Source: Oscillospiraceae bacterium (lineage in GTDB: Bacteria > Bacillota > Clostridia > Oscillospirales > Ruminococcaceae). Taken from it: a stretch of 64,000 nt of DNA. A program made the translations under genes and the position numbers. A model generated the notes under the pieces. That model was not told the origin of the DNA. It worked only from the letters and a program-made list of their open reading frames with translations, and did not search any database. Shown one piece after another: positions 47,350 to 56,883 of this stretch. Location of the stretch: NCBI GenBank assembly GCA_017545185.1, contig JAFWQJ010000084.1, forward strand, positions 13,305 to 77,304, in the 5' to 3' direction. How positions within the stretch are numbered: position 1 is the first letter of the stretch; every line of letters begins with the position of its first letter.

Positions 47350-49347
47350 TCAGATCTCCATGATGATCGGCAAAATCATCGGGGAGCGCTTTGTTTTATG
47401 GAAAATGTGATCGGAAAGCACATCGCGCAGCTTTGCCTTCAGTGCGTTCCAGTCACGCAGCTCGGCCGGGCTGCAGTGCTCCAGCGTATCCGCCAGCAGC
47501 AGCCGCGCCTCATCCATGAGCTCCTCCGCCTCGCGGACATAGACAAAGCCGCGGGAGATCAGCTCCGGACCGGACACGACCTCGTTCTCTGCGCGGTCAA
47601 TGCCGACGACCACGATGATGAGGCCGTCCTGTGCGAGATGCTTTCTGTCGCGCAGAACAATCGAGCCGACGTCGCCGACGCCGAGACCGTCCACGAGCAC
47701 TCTGCCCGCAGGCGCCTGCCCGGTGATCCGCATATCGACGCCGTTCGTCTCGATCACATCGCCGATCTGGCCGATGATGATATGGTCTCTGTCCATACCG
47801 GTCTCCAGTGCAAGGCCGGCGTGCTTTTTCAGATGCTTATACTCGCCGTGCACCGGAATAAAATACTTCGGCTTGGTCAGCGCGAGCATCAGCTTTAATT
47901 CCTCCTGACACGCATGGCCGGAGACATGCACCTCGTACATGCGCTCATAGACCACATGTGCGCCGGACTGCATCAGGTCGTTGACGACGCGCGTCACGAA
48001 CTTCTCGTTGCCGGGGATCGGCGTTGCGGAGATGATGATGAAATCCTGCGGGGTGATCGTGACCTTTTTGTGGTCGCCCTTCGCCATTCTGGTGAGCGCG
48101 GACATCGGCTCACCCTGCGAGCCGGTCGTGATCAGCACGATCTGATCGGCGGAATAGCGGTTCATCAGGTCGATGTCGATGATCGTGCCCTCCTTGGCTT
48201 CGAGATAACCGAGCTCTCTCGCGATCGAGATGACATTGACCATGCTTCTGCCGAACACGGCGACCTTTCTGCCGCACTGCTCGGCACAGTCGATGATCTG
48301 CTGGACTCTGTGGATATTCGAGGAGAACGTCGCAATGATGATGCGCTTGCCCTCCGCTTCTGCAAACAGCTTATCGAACGATGCACCGACCTTCCGCTCC
48401 GTCGGCGTATAGCCCGGACGCTCTGCGTTCGTCGAATCCGCCATCAGCGCGAGCACGCCGCGGCTGCCGAGCTCACCGAAACGGCCGAGGTCAATGATGC
48501 CGCCGTCGATCGGGGAATAGTCCACCTTAAAGTCGCCCGTATGGACGAGCACGCCCGCAGGCGTATGCACCGCAAGACCGACCGCATCCGGAATGGAGTG
48601 GTTGACATGGATCAGCTCGACTGCCATGCAGCCCATGCGGATCGTCTTGCGCGGCTCCACGACGCTCATCCGGACCTTGCCGCTCAGCTGATGCTCCTTG
48701 AGCTTCGCCTCGACAAGCGCGAGCGTCAGTCTGGTGCCGAAGACCGGCGTATCGACCTTCTTCAGCAGATACGCAAGGCCGCCGATGTGATCCTCATGTC
48801 CGTGCGTCAGCACGATGCCGCGCAGCTTGTCGGCATTGCGCTCGACATAGGTGAAATCCGGGATGACCAGATCGACGCCGAGCATTTCCGCATCTGGGAA
48901 CGCAAGGCCGCAGTCGATGATGAACATATCGTTCGCGCACTCGATCACGGTCATGTTCTTGCCGATCTCTCCGAGACCGCCCAGCGGAATGATGCGCACC
49001 GGCGTCTTGGCGCGGACGGCACGCTCCTTCGGTGCTGCCTTCTGCTGCGCCTTCTGCACATTCGCATGGCGCGGCTGACTGCCCTCTGCACTGACTTTTT
49101 TTGAAACGGCGGCAGCAGCCTCTGCTTTCTTCCGCTCCTGCTTTTCGAGCTTCTCACTGACAAGCTCCGCCGGCATGATCTTCCGGCCGACGGATGACAG
49201 CGGCACCCCGCCGCGCTGCTTGCCGCGGAAAAATCCGCCCTTGATGCCCTTTGAGCCGGAACGCCCTGTATTTCTGTTCAATAGAATACCTCTCTTTCTG
49301 CGAATCCCAACGGGAGATTCTGCCTTCATGTTCGGGGGCATACCCAT
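47350..49347 (-). CDS. rnj: ribonuclease J
   Basis: MBL/beta-CASP: …IIPLGGLGEIGKNM…, …LTHGHEDHIGG… The start is uncertain. It is either ATG 49347 (no RBS, possibly leaderless) or ATG 49176. Confidence 0.88.
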   Translation of the reverse strand: MGMPPNMKAESPVGIRRKRGILLNRNTGRSGSKGIKGGFFRGKQRGGVPLSSVGRKIMPAELVSEKLEKQERKKAEAAAAVSKKVSAEGSQPRHANVQKAQQKAAPKERAVRAKTPVRIIPLGGLGEIGKNMTVIECANDMFIIDCGLAFPDAEMLGVDLVIPDFTYVERNADKLRGIVLTHGHEDHIGGLAYLLKKVDTPVFGTRLTLALVEAKLKEHQLSGKVRMSVVEPRKTIRMGCMAVELIHVNHSIPDAVGLAVHTPAGVLVHTGDFKVDYSPIDGGIIDLGRFGELGSRGVLALMADSTNAERPGYTPTERKVGASFDKLFAEAEGKRIIIATFSSNIHRVQQIIDCAEQCGRKVAVFGRSMVNVISIARELGYLEAKEGTIIDIDLMNRYSADQIVLITTGSQGEPMSALTRMAKGDHKKVTITPQDFIIISATPIPGNEKFVTRVVNDLMQSGAHVVYERMYEVHVSGHACQEELKLMLALTKPKYFIPVHGEYKHLKKHAGLALETGMDRDHIIIGQIGDVIETNGVDMRITGQAPAGRVLVDGLGVGDVGSIVLRDRKHLAQDGLIIVVVGIDRAENEVVSGPELISRGFVYVREAEELMDEARLLLADTLEHCSPAELRDWNALKAKLRDVLSDHIFHKTKRSPMILPIIMEI

Positions 49348-49355
49348 ACAGATTC

Positions 49356-49384
49356 AGTATACGCGAAATACATAAAAAAGTCAA
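49356..49384 (-). promoter_or_regulatory. sigma-70-type promoter for rnj
   Basis: On the minus strand: TTGACT, 17-nt spacer, TATACT. The -10 ends 8 nt before ATG 49347. Confidence 0.5.
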
Positions 49385-49516
49385 GTCAAAAATACATTCC
49401 GGCCTGTATTTTCGGAATCTGATGCAAAATATATGACGATTTCCCGCGGATTTTGTTGTCTTATGCGGGACGCATCCGTTTTGTATACGATTCGGCACAA
49501 AAAATGACAAAAACGA

Positions 49517-49546
49517 TTGCAATCATCCCCTGCTCTGTGCTATAAT
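49517..49546 (+). promoter_or_regulatory. sigma-70-type promoter upstream of the GH53 gene
   Basis: TTGCAA, 18-nt spacer, TGC-TATAAT. Confidence 0.5.
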
Positions 49547-49603
49547 AGCAGCAGAGGCTGCAGCGCCGGAAACGTGCTGCGAAAGAGACAAGGGGGTACC
49601 GAT

Positions 49604-51703
49604 ATGAGAATCAGAAAGCTGCTTTCCGTCCTGACTGCCGCCGTGATGCTGCTCGGCAGCGGCAGTGCTCTGCCGTCCGCAAGCGCGGCGGAGACCGTCA
49701 CCTTTTCCGGGATATCCGGGCTGCCGTTTGCGGACGGCGCACCGTTCAAGGGTGCGGATATTTCCTCGGTCATCGCGCTGGAGCAGAGCGGCGTGAAATT
49801 CTACGACCGCAGCGGCAAGGAGCAGGATATTTTCGTCACGCTGGCCGATGCGGGCATCAACTGCATCCGCGTGCGGATCTGGAACGACCCGACCGCATCG
49901 CAGTCCGGCATCACCTACGGCGGCGGCGCGAATGACGCAAAGCAGGCCGTGAAGATCGCGGAGCGCTGCAAGGCCGCGGGGCTCAGCATGTTCGTGGATT
50001 TCCATTACTCCGACTTCTGGGCGGATCCTTCCAAGCAGAAGGCGCCGAAGGCATGGGCAAATTACTCGGTGCAGCAAAAGGCGGACGCGATCTACAGCTA
50101 CACGAAGGACACGCTCCGACAGATCGGGCAGACCGGCGCGGAGATCGCCATGGTGCAGATCGGCAACGAGACGACCGCCGGCATGTGCGGCGTGCTGCTC
50201 TCCGACGGCAACTGGGGCGACGCGGTCTGGAACGATCTTGCGAAGCTCTGGAATGCGGGCGCGAAGGCGGTGCGGGAATATGACGCGGATGTTCTGGTCG
50301 CGCTGCATTTCACGAATCCGGAAAAGGCGTCGAATATGCAGTATCTTGCGAAAATGGTCAGCCAGACCCGTGTGGATTATGATGTGTTCGCAACGTCATA
50401 TTATCCCTACTGGCACGGCACGCTGCAGAATCTGACCTCTGTGCTCGGCAGCATCGCGGACACCTATCACAAAAAGGTGCTGGTCGCGGAGACCTCATGG
50501 GCGTATACCTTCCAGAATTACGACCCCGGCGTCAATACGATCGGCAGTCAGAAGGATCTCGGCAGCAGCGTCAGCTATCCGGTCAGCGCCGCGGGGCAGA
50601 CCGCGTTCCTGACCGATCTGTTCAAAGCGGTCGCGGCCGTCCCGAACGGCATGGGCATCGGCGTGTTCTACTGGGAGCCCGCGTGGCTGCCCGTCAGCAG
50701 CGATTACCAGACGGCCAAGCAGCTCTGGCAGCAATACGGCGGCGGCTGGGCGTATGAATCCGCGCAGGAATACGACCCGGACGCGAAGGATTACGGCGGC
50801 TCCGGCTGGGAGAATCAGGCGCTGTTTTCCGCCGACGGCAAGCCGCTGGATTCGCTTTATATGTTCCGCTCGGTCACGGGCAGCGGGCAGAGCAGGCCGC
50901 AGCCGCAGGATGAGACCGGACAGAATCTGCTGCAGAATCCCGGCTTTGAGGCGGACGGCGGCTGGACGAACCGTCCCGCGGGCTGGACGCTGAAAAGCAC
51001 CGCGACCGACCATTTCGATGTCCGTGCGGAGGACGTCCGTTCAGGCGGCTATGCGCTGCACTGGTATTCCACGGCGGCGTTCAGCAACAGCACCGCGGAG
51101 ACCTCGGTGCGCGTGAACGAATCCGGCAGCTTTCTTTGCAGTATGATGCTGCAGGCAGACGATAGAGCGTCCTTTACGCTGACGGCGGAGACATCCGGCG
51201 GCAGGCGGGAGACCGTCACCGGAACGGGACAAGGCTGGAGCGTCTGGCAGCAGCCGAAGCTCCGGATCAAAGCCACTGCCGGTGAGACGGTCACGATGCG
51301 GCTGACCGTTTCCGGCGGGGACGGCAGCTACGGCTCCGCGGATGACTGCGTCATTGCAAAGGTGAATGCGCAGGAGACGACCGCCGCACCCGTCACAACG
51401 ACAAGCGAGCCTGTTACCACAACGACCGAGCCGGTCACAACGACGGCTGAGCCGGTCACGATGACAGAGCCGGAAACGACTTCTCCGGAAACGGAACGCG
51501 TCCCGGGCGATGCGAACTGCGACGGCAAAGCGGACATCTCGGACGCAGTGCTGATGGCGCGCATCTGCGTGGAGGATCACGGCGCGGTCATTACGCAGCA
51601 GGGACTGAAAAATGCAGACTGCGACCGCAGCGGATCGCTCTCCCCTGAGGATGTGACGCTGCTTGTGCAGGCGATCGCAAAAATGGTGATTCTGGAACCA
51701 TGA
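49604..51703 (+). CDS. cellulosomal GH53 arabinogalactan endo-beta-1,4-galactanase with CBM-like module and dockerin
   Basis: Signal peptide. GH53 pattern: …GADISSVIALEQSGVKFYD…CIRVRIWNDP…VDFHYSDFWADP…VQIGNETT…ETSWAY…YWEPAW… CBM4_9/CBM61-like segment: NPGFEADGGW… PVTTT linker. Dockerin: GDANCDGKADISDAV … NADCDRSGSLSPEDV. ATG 49604 follows AAGGGGG. Confidence 0.88.
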   Translation: MRIRKLLSVLTAAVMLLGSGSALPSASAAETVTFSGISGLPFADGAPFKGADISSVIALEQSGVKFYDRSGKEQDIFVTLADAGINCIRVRIWNDPTASQSGITYGGGANDAKQAVKIAERCKAAGLSMFVDFHYSDFWADPSKQKAPKAWANYSVQQKADAIYSYTKDTLRQIGQTGAEIAMVQIGNETTAGMCGVLLSDGNWGDAVWNDLAKLWNAGAKAVREYDADVLVALHFTNPEKASNMQYLAKMVSQTRVDYDVFATSYYPYWHGTLQNLTSVLGSIADTYHKKVLVAETSWAYTFQNYDPGVNTIGSQKDLGSSVSYPVSAAGQTAFLTDLFKAVAAVPNGMGIGVFYWEPAWLPVSSDYQTAKQLWQQYGGGWAYESAQEYDPDAKDYGGSGWENQALFSADGKPLDSLYMFRSVTGSGQSRPQPQDETGQNLLQNPGFEADGGWTNRPAGWTLKSTATDHFDVRAEDVRSGGYALHWYSTAAFSNSTAETSVRVNESGSFLCSMMLQADDRASFTLTAETSGGRRETVTGTGQGWSVWQQPKLRIKATAGETVTMRLTVSGGDGSYGSADDCVIAKVNAQETTAAPVTTTSEPVTTTTEPVTTTAEPVTMTEPETTSPETERVPGDANCDGKADISDAVLMARICVEDHGAVITQQGLKNADCDRSGSLSPEDVTLLVQAIAKMVILEP

Positions 51704-51716
51704 CGCAATGATATCA

Positions 51717-51760
51717 ACAAGCGGGCACCGGTGCGTTGATCGGTGCCCGCTTGTTCTATT
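51717..51760. terminator. intrinsic terminator between convergent genes
   Basis: AACAAGCGGGCACCG…CGGTGCCCGCTTGTT. Confidence 0.7.
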
Positions 51761-51842
51761 ATCATATATGGATTCCGGATGTTTTTCGCTGCTGCGGATC
51801 ACCATGCGATCCGCTTGGGGGAGCGCTCTGCCGCAGGCTCCG

Positions 51843-52829
51843 TTACGGATCCGCCGGAGATGCCCCGATCGCCAGCCAGCCGGCAACGCGGTGCGCTTCG
51901 ATCCTGTGATGCAGCGCAGCGGCCAGTGCAGGCACCGCCTCTTTGCAGTATGCCGCAGTTTCCGGTTCATCCGCGCAGATCTGCTCCGTGAACTGGCACA
52001 GCAGCGCCGTGAGCTGTTCCTGCGGGACTGCCGCATATTCCGCCTCGACCTGTGCAGGCATCTCCGCCGTGACGGTCAGCCCGTTGCCGGTCTCACCGCA
52101 GAGACAGCGGATCAGCCGGTGCCGCAAAACGAGCTCCGCGAGATTCTCCGCAATCATATCCGGCGAGGTGCGGAAGTTCTCCGCGTACCGCCGCATCAGA
52201 CTGCGGATCTCCTGCGTGTCATGCATTTGCAGAAGCATTCCCTCATACATCAGCGCGGTATAATACCGGTACACACCGGCGACGCCGCGCTCCGTGATCT
52301 TTGCCTCCCCGAGCAGCGGATAACTGAACGTGACCTTTGTATCCGCCGCACGGAACCGTGCATCGTAGCGCGTGCAGAACGCCTCAAAATCCTTGAGCAG
52401 CGCGTGGAAAAATGAGGTCTGCACCGGCGCGGTCAGCTTATAAGCCTGCCGGAACCGTTCCTTCGCTTCCTCATAGCGCTGCAGCGTCAGCAGCATTCCC
52501 GCGTCAAGCAGCTCCGCGAGCGGCTTTGTCCGGAGCGCATCCTCTGCAAGCTGATCGGAGCCGAGCTCCAGCAGCACCGCGTCCAGCTGACAGAATACCG
52601 ATGCATAAAACGCCTCTGCCTGTTTGCGCGTGACGGTCGTGCTTCTGCCTTTTGTGTATGCGGCTGCACGGTCTGCCGCCGCCTGATGCAGCGCCGCTTT
52701 GATCGCTTCCAGCTTTTCGGCAGGGATCGTCTGTTCCGCCGCCGCCCGCGTCAGAAGCGCAAGCGTATAATCCGCTTTCGGGAGCGATCCGGCAGACGGC
52801 CTGCCGCTCTGCATGATCTCGTTTGCCAT
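51843..52829 (-). CDS. conserved hypothetical protein (DUF6179-like, from memory)
   Basis: 328 aa helical protein. RBS GGAGAGGAGG. Starts 2 nt after the upstream gene's stop. Confidence 0.6.
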   Translation of the reverse strand: MANEIMQSGRPSAGSLPKADYTLALLTRAAAEQTIPAEKLEAIKAALHQAAADRAAAYTKGRSTTVTRKQAEAFYASVFCQLDAVLLELGSDQLAEDALRTKPLAELLDAGMLLTLQRYEEAKERFRQAYKLTAPVQTSFFHALLKDFEAFCTRYDARFRAADTKVTFSYPLLGEAKITERGVAGVYRYYTALMYEGMLLQMHDTQEIRSLMRRYAENFRTSPDMIAENLAELVLRHRLIRCLCGETGNGLTVTAEMPAQVEAEYAAVPQEQLTALLCQFTEQICADEPETAAYCKEAVPALAAALHHRIEAHRVAGWLAIGASPADP

Positions 52830-52831
52830 GC

Positions 52832-53671
52832 TTATGCCTCCTCTCCCTGTGCCGCGTTCTCATCGAGCGTTTCCCACTGCTCGGTCATGCGTTCCCATTC
52901 GGCCTCCTGCGCCTTGCTCGGCAGCAGGAACGACGGGTTCCGCCGGAGTGCTTCTTCTAATTCTTCGGCATAGGTGCCGCGGGTACGGACTGCGCGCTCC
53001 TCGTCATAATCGCCCGCATAATTGCCGAACACATCCTGATGCATCTCCTCGCGGTAGGCGTAATCGTAGACCTCCTGCTCGTATTCGGTCTCGAACGCGT
53101 CGGGGAGCTCCTCCTGATGCAGCTTGTCGGCATAGAGCATCCGCAGCTCGGGATCGCCGAGATCCGCCTGCGCCTGCTTCCGCTGCTCTGCGCGGTATTC
53201 GAGCAGACGCCGCATTCCGCCGACCACGATGCGCTCGGTCTGCACCAGCATTTCCTCAATATCGCCCGCACAGGTCGGGCTGACGAAGAACCGGTACATA
53301 TAATCAAGGATCGCGTTATCCGAGAGCACACAGTCCGGGTCATCCGCCTCGTCGTAGAGCGTCTGCAGGCTGCCCTTGATCTGATAGAACGCCTCGGTCA
53401 GTGCGGCGACGCGGAGCGCATAATTCCGGCCGAGATAACCAGACGGCAGGAACCAGTGGATCAGCCGCGGTGTGATGCTCTCGCCGAACTGCACCAGATC
53501 CTGCGCCTGCAGCGCTTTGTCGGCGGTTTTCAGGATCATGGACGCTTCCTCCGGCGTCAGCTGCAGACCGTAGGACGTCCATGCGTCGCGGTTTGTCGCA
53601 AGGAGCTGATGCTTCTGCTCTGCCGGTGAGAGGGCTCCGAACTGCTCGGCGATTGCCAGCGTAAATTCCAT
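52832..53671 (-). CDS. conserved hypothetical acidic protein (DUF6323-like, from memory)
   Basis: 279 aa with a very acidic C-terminal half. RBS GGGAAAGGAA. Lies 30 nt downstream of the U32 gene. Confidence 0.6.
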   Translation of the reverse strand: MEFTLAIAEQFGALSPAEQKHQLLATNRDAWTSYGLQLTPEEASMILKTADKALQAQDLVQFGESITPRLIHWFLPSGYLGRNYALRVAALTEAFYQIKGSLQTLYDEADDPDCVLSDNAILDYMYRFFVSPTCAGDIEEMLVQTERIVVGGMRRLLEYRAEQRKQAQADLGDPELRMLYADKLHQEELPDAFETEYEQEVYDYAYREEMHQDVFGNYAGDYDEERAVRTRGTYAEELEEALRRNPSFLLPSKAQEAEWERMTEQWETLDENAAQGEEA

Positions 53672-53701
53672 GCGTGCCGTTCCTTTCCCAGTTGATTTCC
53701 C

Positions 53702-55792
53702 TTATTTGTTTGCGGATTCCTGCTGAATGCGCAGGCCGCGTGTATATTTCTGCGGCGCGGCGGACAGATCGCCGTGCAGATATGCGCCGAGCACTTCCCG
53801 CACCCGTTCGGCGGATTCGTCCGTCATCAGCAGCAGACCGAATGCCGCATCCGAAAGCTTCTGCGGCTGATCCGCCAGCCAGAGCGGAACCGCGTTGAAC
53901 AGCTCCGCGTAATCCGGCTTTTCCGTGATGCGCGTGCAGTCGGTATAGACCGCGGCACCCTTCCGGTCGGTCAGGCGGTGCTGACATTTCCCGCAGCCGG
54001 CCTGCGCCTGCACCGGACAGTTCCGCGTCAGCATCAGCGGGAGCCGTCCGTAGGCCATTCTGCCGAGCGGCAGGCAGTTTGCCGGCATATCCGGCGCTTC
54101 CGGCGAGCAGAGCGCGTCGGAGAGCCCCGCGTCCGCATAAAACGCCGCGGCATGGGAATTTGTGATGTGCAGGCCGAGCCCGCCGTGCAGCGTCATGCCG
54201 CGCTCGTTTCCGAGCTGCACATCTGCCGCGTGCTGACAGATCAGGTGCGAAAAGCCTTCTGCCTGCGCATCTTTCAGCATTTGCAGGACAGCTGCTTCAT
54301 CGCAGTAAAACCGCGGCGGCACGAGCATACAGCGTGCGATCGGTACGGGCTGTTCCCCTGCAAGATACGCTTTCACAAGATGAAGCGGCAGCAGCAGCGC
54401 GCCGATCTCGTCGGCATATTCTGCCAGACCCGCGATCTGTTCGATACGGCGAATCTGCACGCGGAACGGCGTATCTGCGTAGATTTTGTGCTGTTCCGGC
54501 AGCGCCGGCGGCGTTTGCAGACAATGCTCCGGCGTATGGGCACGGATGCGCGCCGTGTCCGTTTGTTCAGCGGCATCGCGGCGCATCGCGTTCAGCGCAG
54601 AGGCCGGCAGCATCAGCATCCCGCCGATCTCCGCCGTGACTGTTCCCGCCGTATACACGGTATCGCCGAGCTTGTCAAACTGCTTCTGCAGCATCGGCAG
54701 ATCGGTCGGGCGGTTCTGCGCGGTCTGCGGGATGTCCCCCGTGACCGTGACGCTGTGCCCTGCGTCATCCGTGACGGTCAGTGCCGCGGGCGCATCCGGC
54801 AGCAGCGTATAATGCGCATTCAGAACAGCGCATTTGCGCGGTTTTTTGTATGTCTCGCGAAGCGGCTGCAAAACGTCCTGCGCCGCCGTGACATCCTCCT
54901 TCTGCCGCGTCCCGAACATATCCTTCCGGATGCCGGTGAAGTAGCCGTCGGTAAATCCGCTGCGCGAAAAGACCGCCCGCAGCTCCCGCAGATCGGGCTG
55001 CTGTCCGGCGAGCGCCGCTCTGCAGGCTGTGACCGCGGCGGCAACATACTCCGGCCGCTTCATTCTGCCCTCGATTTTCAAAGACTTCACGCCGAGCGCG
55101 GTCATCTCCGTCAGGTGCGAAACCAGCGACATGTCCTTCAGCGAGAGCGCGCAGGCATCCTTCTGCCGGTCGTCCGCGGTAAACGGCAGACGGCAGGGCT
55201 GTGCGCAGCAGCCGCGGTTGGCGCTTCTGCCGCCCATAGCCGCGGACATCCAGCACTGTCCTGAAACCGACATACAGTGCGCGCCGTGTACAAAGGCTTC
55301 GACCTCGACGCCGCAGCGTTCCGCCTCCTCGCAGACCGCTTTCAGCTGTTTTGCGGAGAGCTCCCGCGCCGCCACAATACGGCAAAAGCCCGCCTGCTTT
55401 GCAAATTTCACGCCGGCGGGCGAATGGATCGTCATTTGTGTGGACGCATGGAGCCGCAGGGTCGGCAGCCGCTCTGCGATATAGCGGGCGGCACCCGGAT
55501 CCTGCACAATGCAGCCGTCCGCGCCGACCGCCGCCGCCGTTTCCAGCAGCGCATCCAGCGCGGAGAGCTCCGTATCAAAAATCAGCGTATTGACCGCGAG
55601 ATACAGCTTTGCGCCGTACAGATGACAGCGGCGCGCAGCCTCTGAAAGTCCCGCAGCATCAAAGTTTTCGGCATTGGCTCTGGCGGAGAACTGCTCCGCA
55701 CCGGCATAGACCGCATCCGCACCGCAGCGGAGCGCGGCCGTCAGTGCCTCCATGCTCCCGGCGGGTGCCAGCAGCTCAGCGGAACGGCTCAT
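53702..55792 (-). CDS. U32-family peptidase-like protein (long form)
   Basis: N-terminal ELLAPAGSMEALTAALRCGADAVYAG…, plus …SLKIEGRMK… 696 aa. The start overlaps the zapA stop. Confidence 0.85.
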   Translation of the reverse strand: MSRSAELLAPAGSMEALTAALRCGADAVYAGAEQFSARANAENFDAAGLSEAARRCHLYGAKLYLAVNTLIFDTELSALDALLETAAAVGADGCIVQDPGAARYIAERLPTLRLHASTQMTIHSPAGVKFAKQAGFCRIVAARELSAKQLKAVCEEAERCGVEVEAFVHGAHCMSVSGQCWMSAAMGGRSANRGCCAQPCRLPFTADDRQKDACALSLKDMSLVSHLTEMTALGVKSLKIEGRMKRPEYVAAAVTACRAALAGQQPDLRELRAVFSRSGFTDGYFTGIRKDMFGTRQKEDVTAAQDVLQPLRETYKKPRKCAVLNAHYTLLPDAPAALTVTDDAGHSVTVTGDIPQTAQNRPTDLPMLQKQFDKLGDTVYTAGTVTAEIGGMLMLPASALNAMRRDAAEQTDTARIRAHTPEHCLQTPPALPEQHKIYADTPFRVQIRRIEQIAGLAEYADEIGALLLPLHLVKAYLAGEQPVPIARCMLVPPRFYCDEAAVLQMLKDAQAEGFSHLICQHAADVQLGNERGMTLHGGLGLHITNSHAAAFYADAGLSDALCSPEAPDMPANCLPLGRMAYGRLPLMLTRNCPVQAQAGCGKCQHRLTDRKGAAVYTDCTRITEKPDYAELFNAVPLWLADQPQKLSDAAFGLLLMTDESAERVREVLGAYLHGDLSAAPQKYTRGLRIQQESANK

Positions 55793-56253
55793 GCCTCCGG
55801 CTGTGTCAAGGAGAGCTGCTCCTCCCCGTTCTCCGCATCGGACGGTGCAGCAGCCTCCGGCTTCGGCGCCTTTTTCGGTTCGCCGGTCTGGATGCTCTCG
55901 CTCAGGGATTTCAGCTTGTTGAGGTTTTCGAGCTGCTCGATCTTCGCCTTGAGCACGTCGATCTCCCGCAGGGCGGCATCGCGCTCTAACCGCGCCTTGC
56001 CTGCCTCGTCCACATATTCCTTGACCTGCGAGCGGATGACCTCGACGCTGTTGTTAGCCTTGGTCAGCTCATCCATCGTGGAAAGCGCGACCATCATGAC
56101 CGCGGAATGCGCGGAAACACGCGGATTATTCTCTGTGATATCGGAGATGCGCTTTTCGAGGTTCTTCGCGAGCTGATAGACATAGCTCGGCGCGTCCTCT
56201 GTCTGCAGCGCGTATTCCTTTCCGCACAGTACGACCTTCACTCTCTGTTTCAT
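55789..56253 (-). CDS. zapA: cell division protein ZapA
   Basis: …VVLCGKEYALQTEDAPSYVYQLAKNLEKRI… followed by a coiled-coil tail. Confidence 0.8.
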   Translation of the reverse strand: MKQRVKVVLCGKEYALQTEDAPSYVYQLAKNLEKRISDITENNPRVSAHSAVMMVALSTMDELTKANNSVEVIRSQVKEYVDEAGKARLERDAALREIDVLKAKIEQLENLNKLKSLSESIQTGEPKKAPKPEAAAPSDAENGEEQLSLTQPEA

Positions 56254-56274
56254 AGCTGTTCTTCCTTTCTTTTC

Positions 56275-56859
56275 TCACTCAAAGTAGCGCATGAGCGCGA
56301 CGACCCTTCCGAGCACCGCCGCTTCCTTTACGTAGATCGGTTCCATTGTGTCATTCTCCGGCTGGAGCCGATAACCGCCGTTTTCCTTGTAAAACCGCTT
56401 GACTGTTGCCTCGTCGTCATGCACCATGACCACGGCGATCTCGCCGTTTTCAACGGTGCTGCACTGTTCGACGATCACGATATCGCCGTCAAGAATGCCG
56501 GCCTTGATCATGCTTTCGCCGCGTATTTTCAGTGCAAACAGCTCCCCGCTGTAGTTCCGGTCCGGAACATAGCTGAGATAGTCGTCGATATTCTGGATCG
56601 CGGTGATCGGCATACCGGCCGTCACCGTTCCGATCAGCGGAACATTCCGTGCGCTGCTGCCGTGCAGGCGGATCGCGCGGTTCTGATTGTCCCGCTTGTC
56701 GAGCAGACCCTCATCGACCAGCATATTGATATAGCGGTGCACGGTCGATGTGGAGCGGATATCCAGCGCCTCGCAGATCTCGCGCACGGTCGGCGCGTAA
56801 TCCTCGTCGATGCGCTCGCGGATATAGCGATAGATCATCTGCGCTTTTTCGTTCAGCAT
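56275..56859 (-). CDS. lexA: LexA repressor
   Basis: wHTH (…PTVREICEALDIRSTSTVHRYINML…), Ala-Gly cleavage site (VTAGMP), and S24 Ser/Lys (…RGESM…, …VKRF…). Confidence 0.92.
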   Translation of the reverse strand: MLNEKAQMIYRYIRERIDEDYAPTVREICEALDIRSTSTVHRYINMLVDEGLLDKRDNQNRAIRLHGSSARNVPLIGTVTAGMPITAIQNIDDYLSYVPDRNYSGELFALKIRGESMIKAGILDGDIVIVEQCSTVENGEIAVVMVHDDEATVKRFYKENGGYRLQPENDTMEPIYVKEAAVLGRVVALMRYFE

Positions 56860-56883
56860 GACTTCCCCCTCCTGTCCGGGCGG

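Noticed and set aside
51370-51480. Tandem nucleotide repeats (ACCACAACGACCGAGCCGGTCACAACGACG…)
   Set aside because: They encode the PVTTT(S/T/A)E linker between the CBM-like module and the dockerin of the GH53 protein, which is an ordinary cellulosomal Thr/Pro linker.
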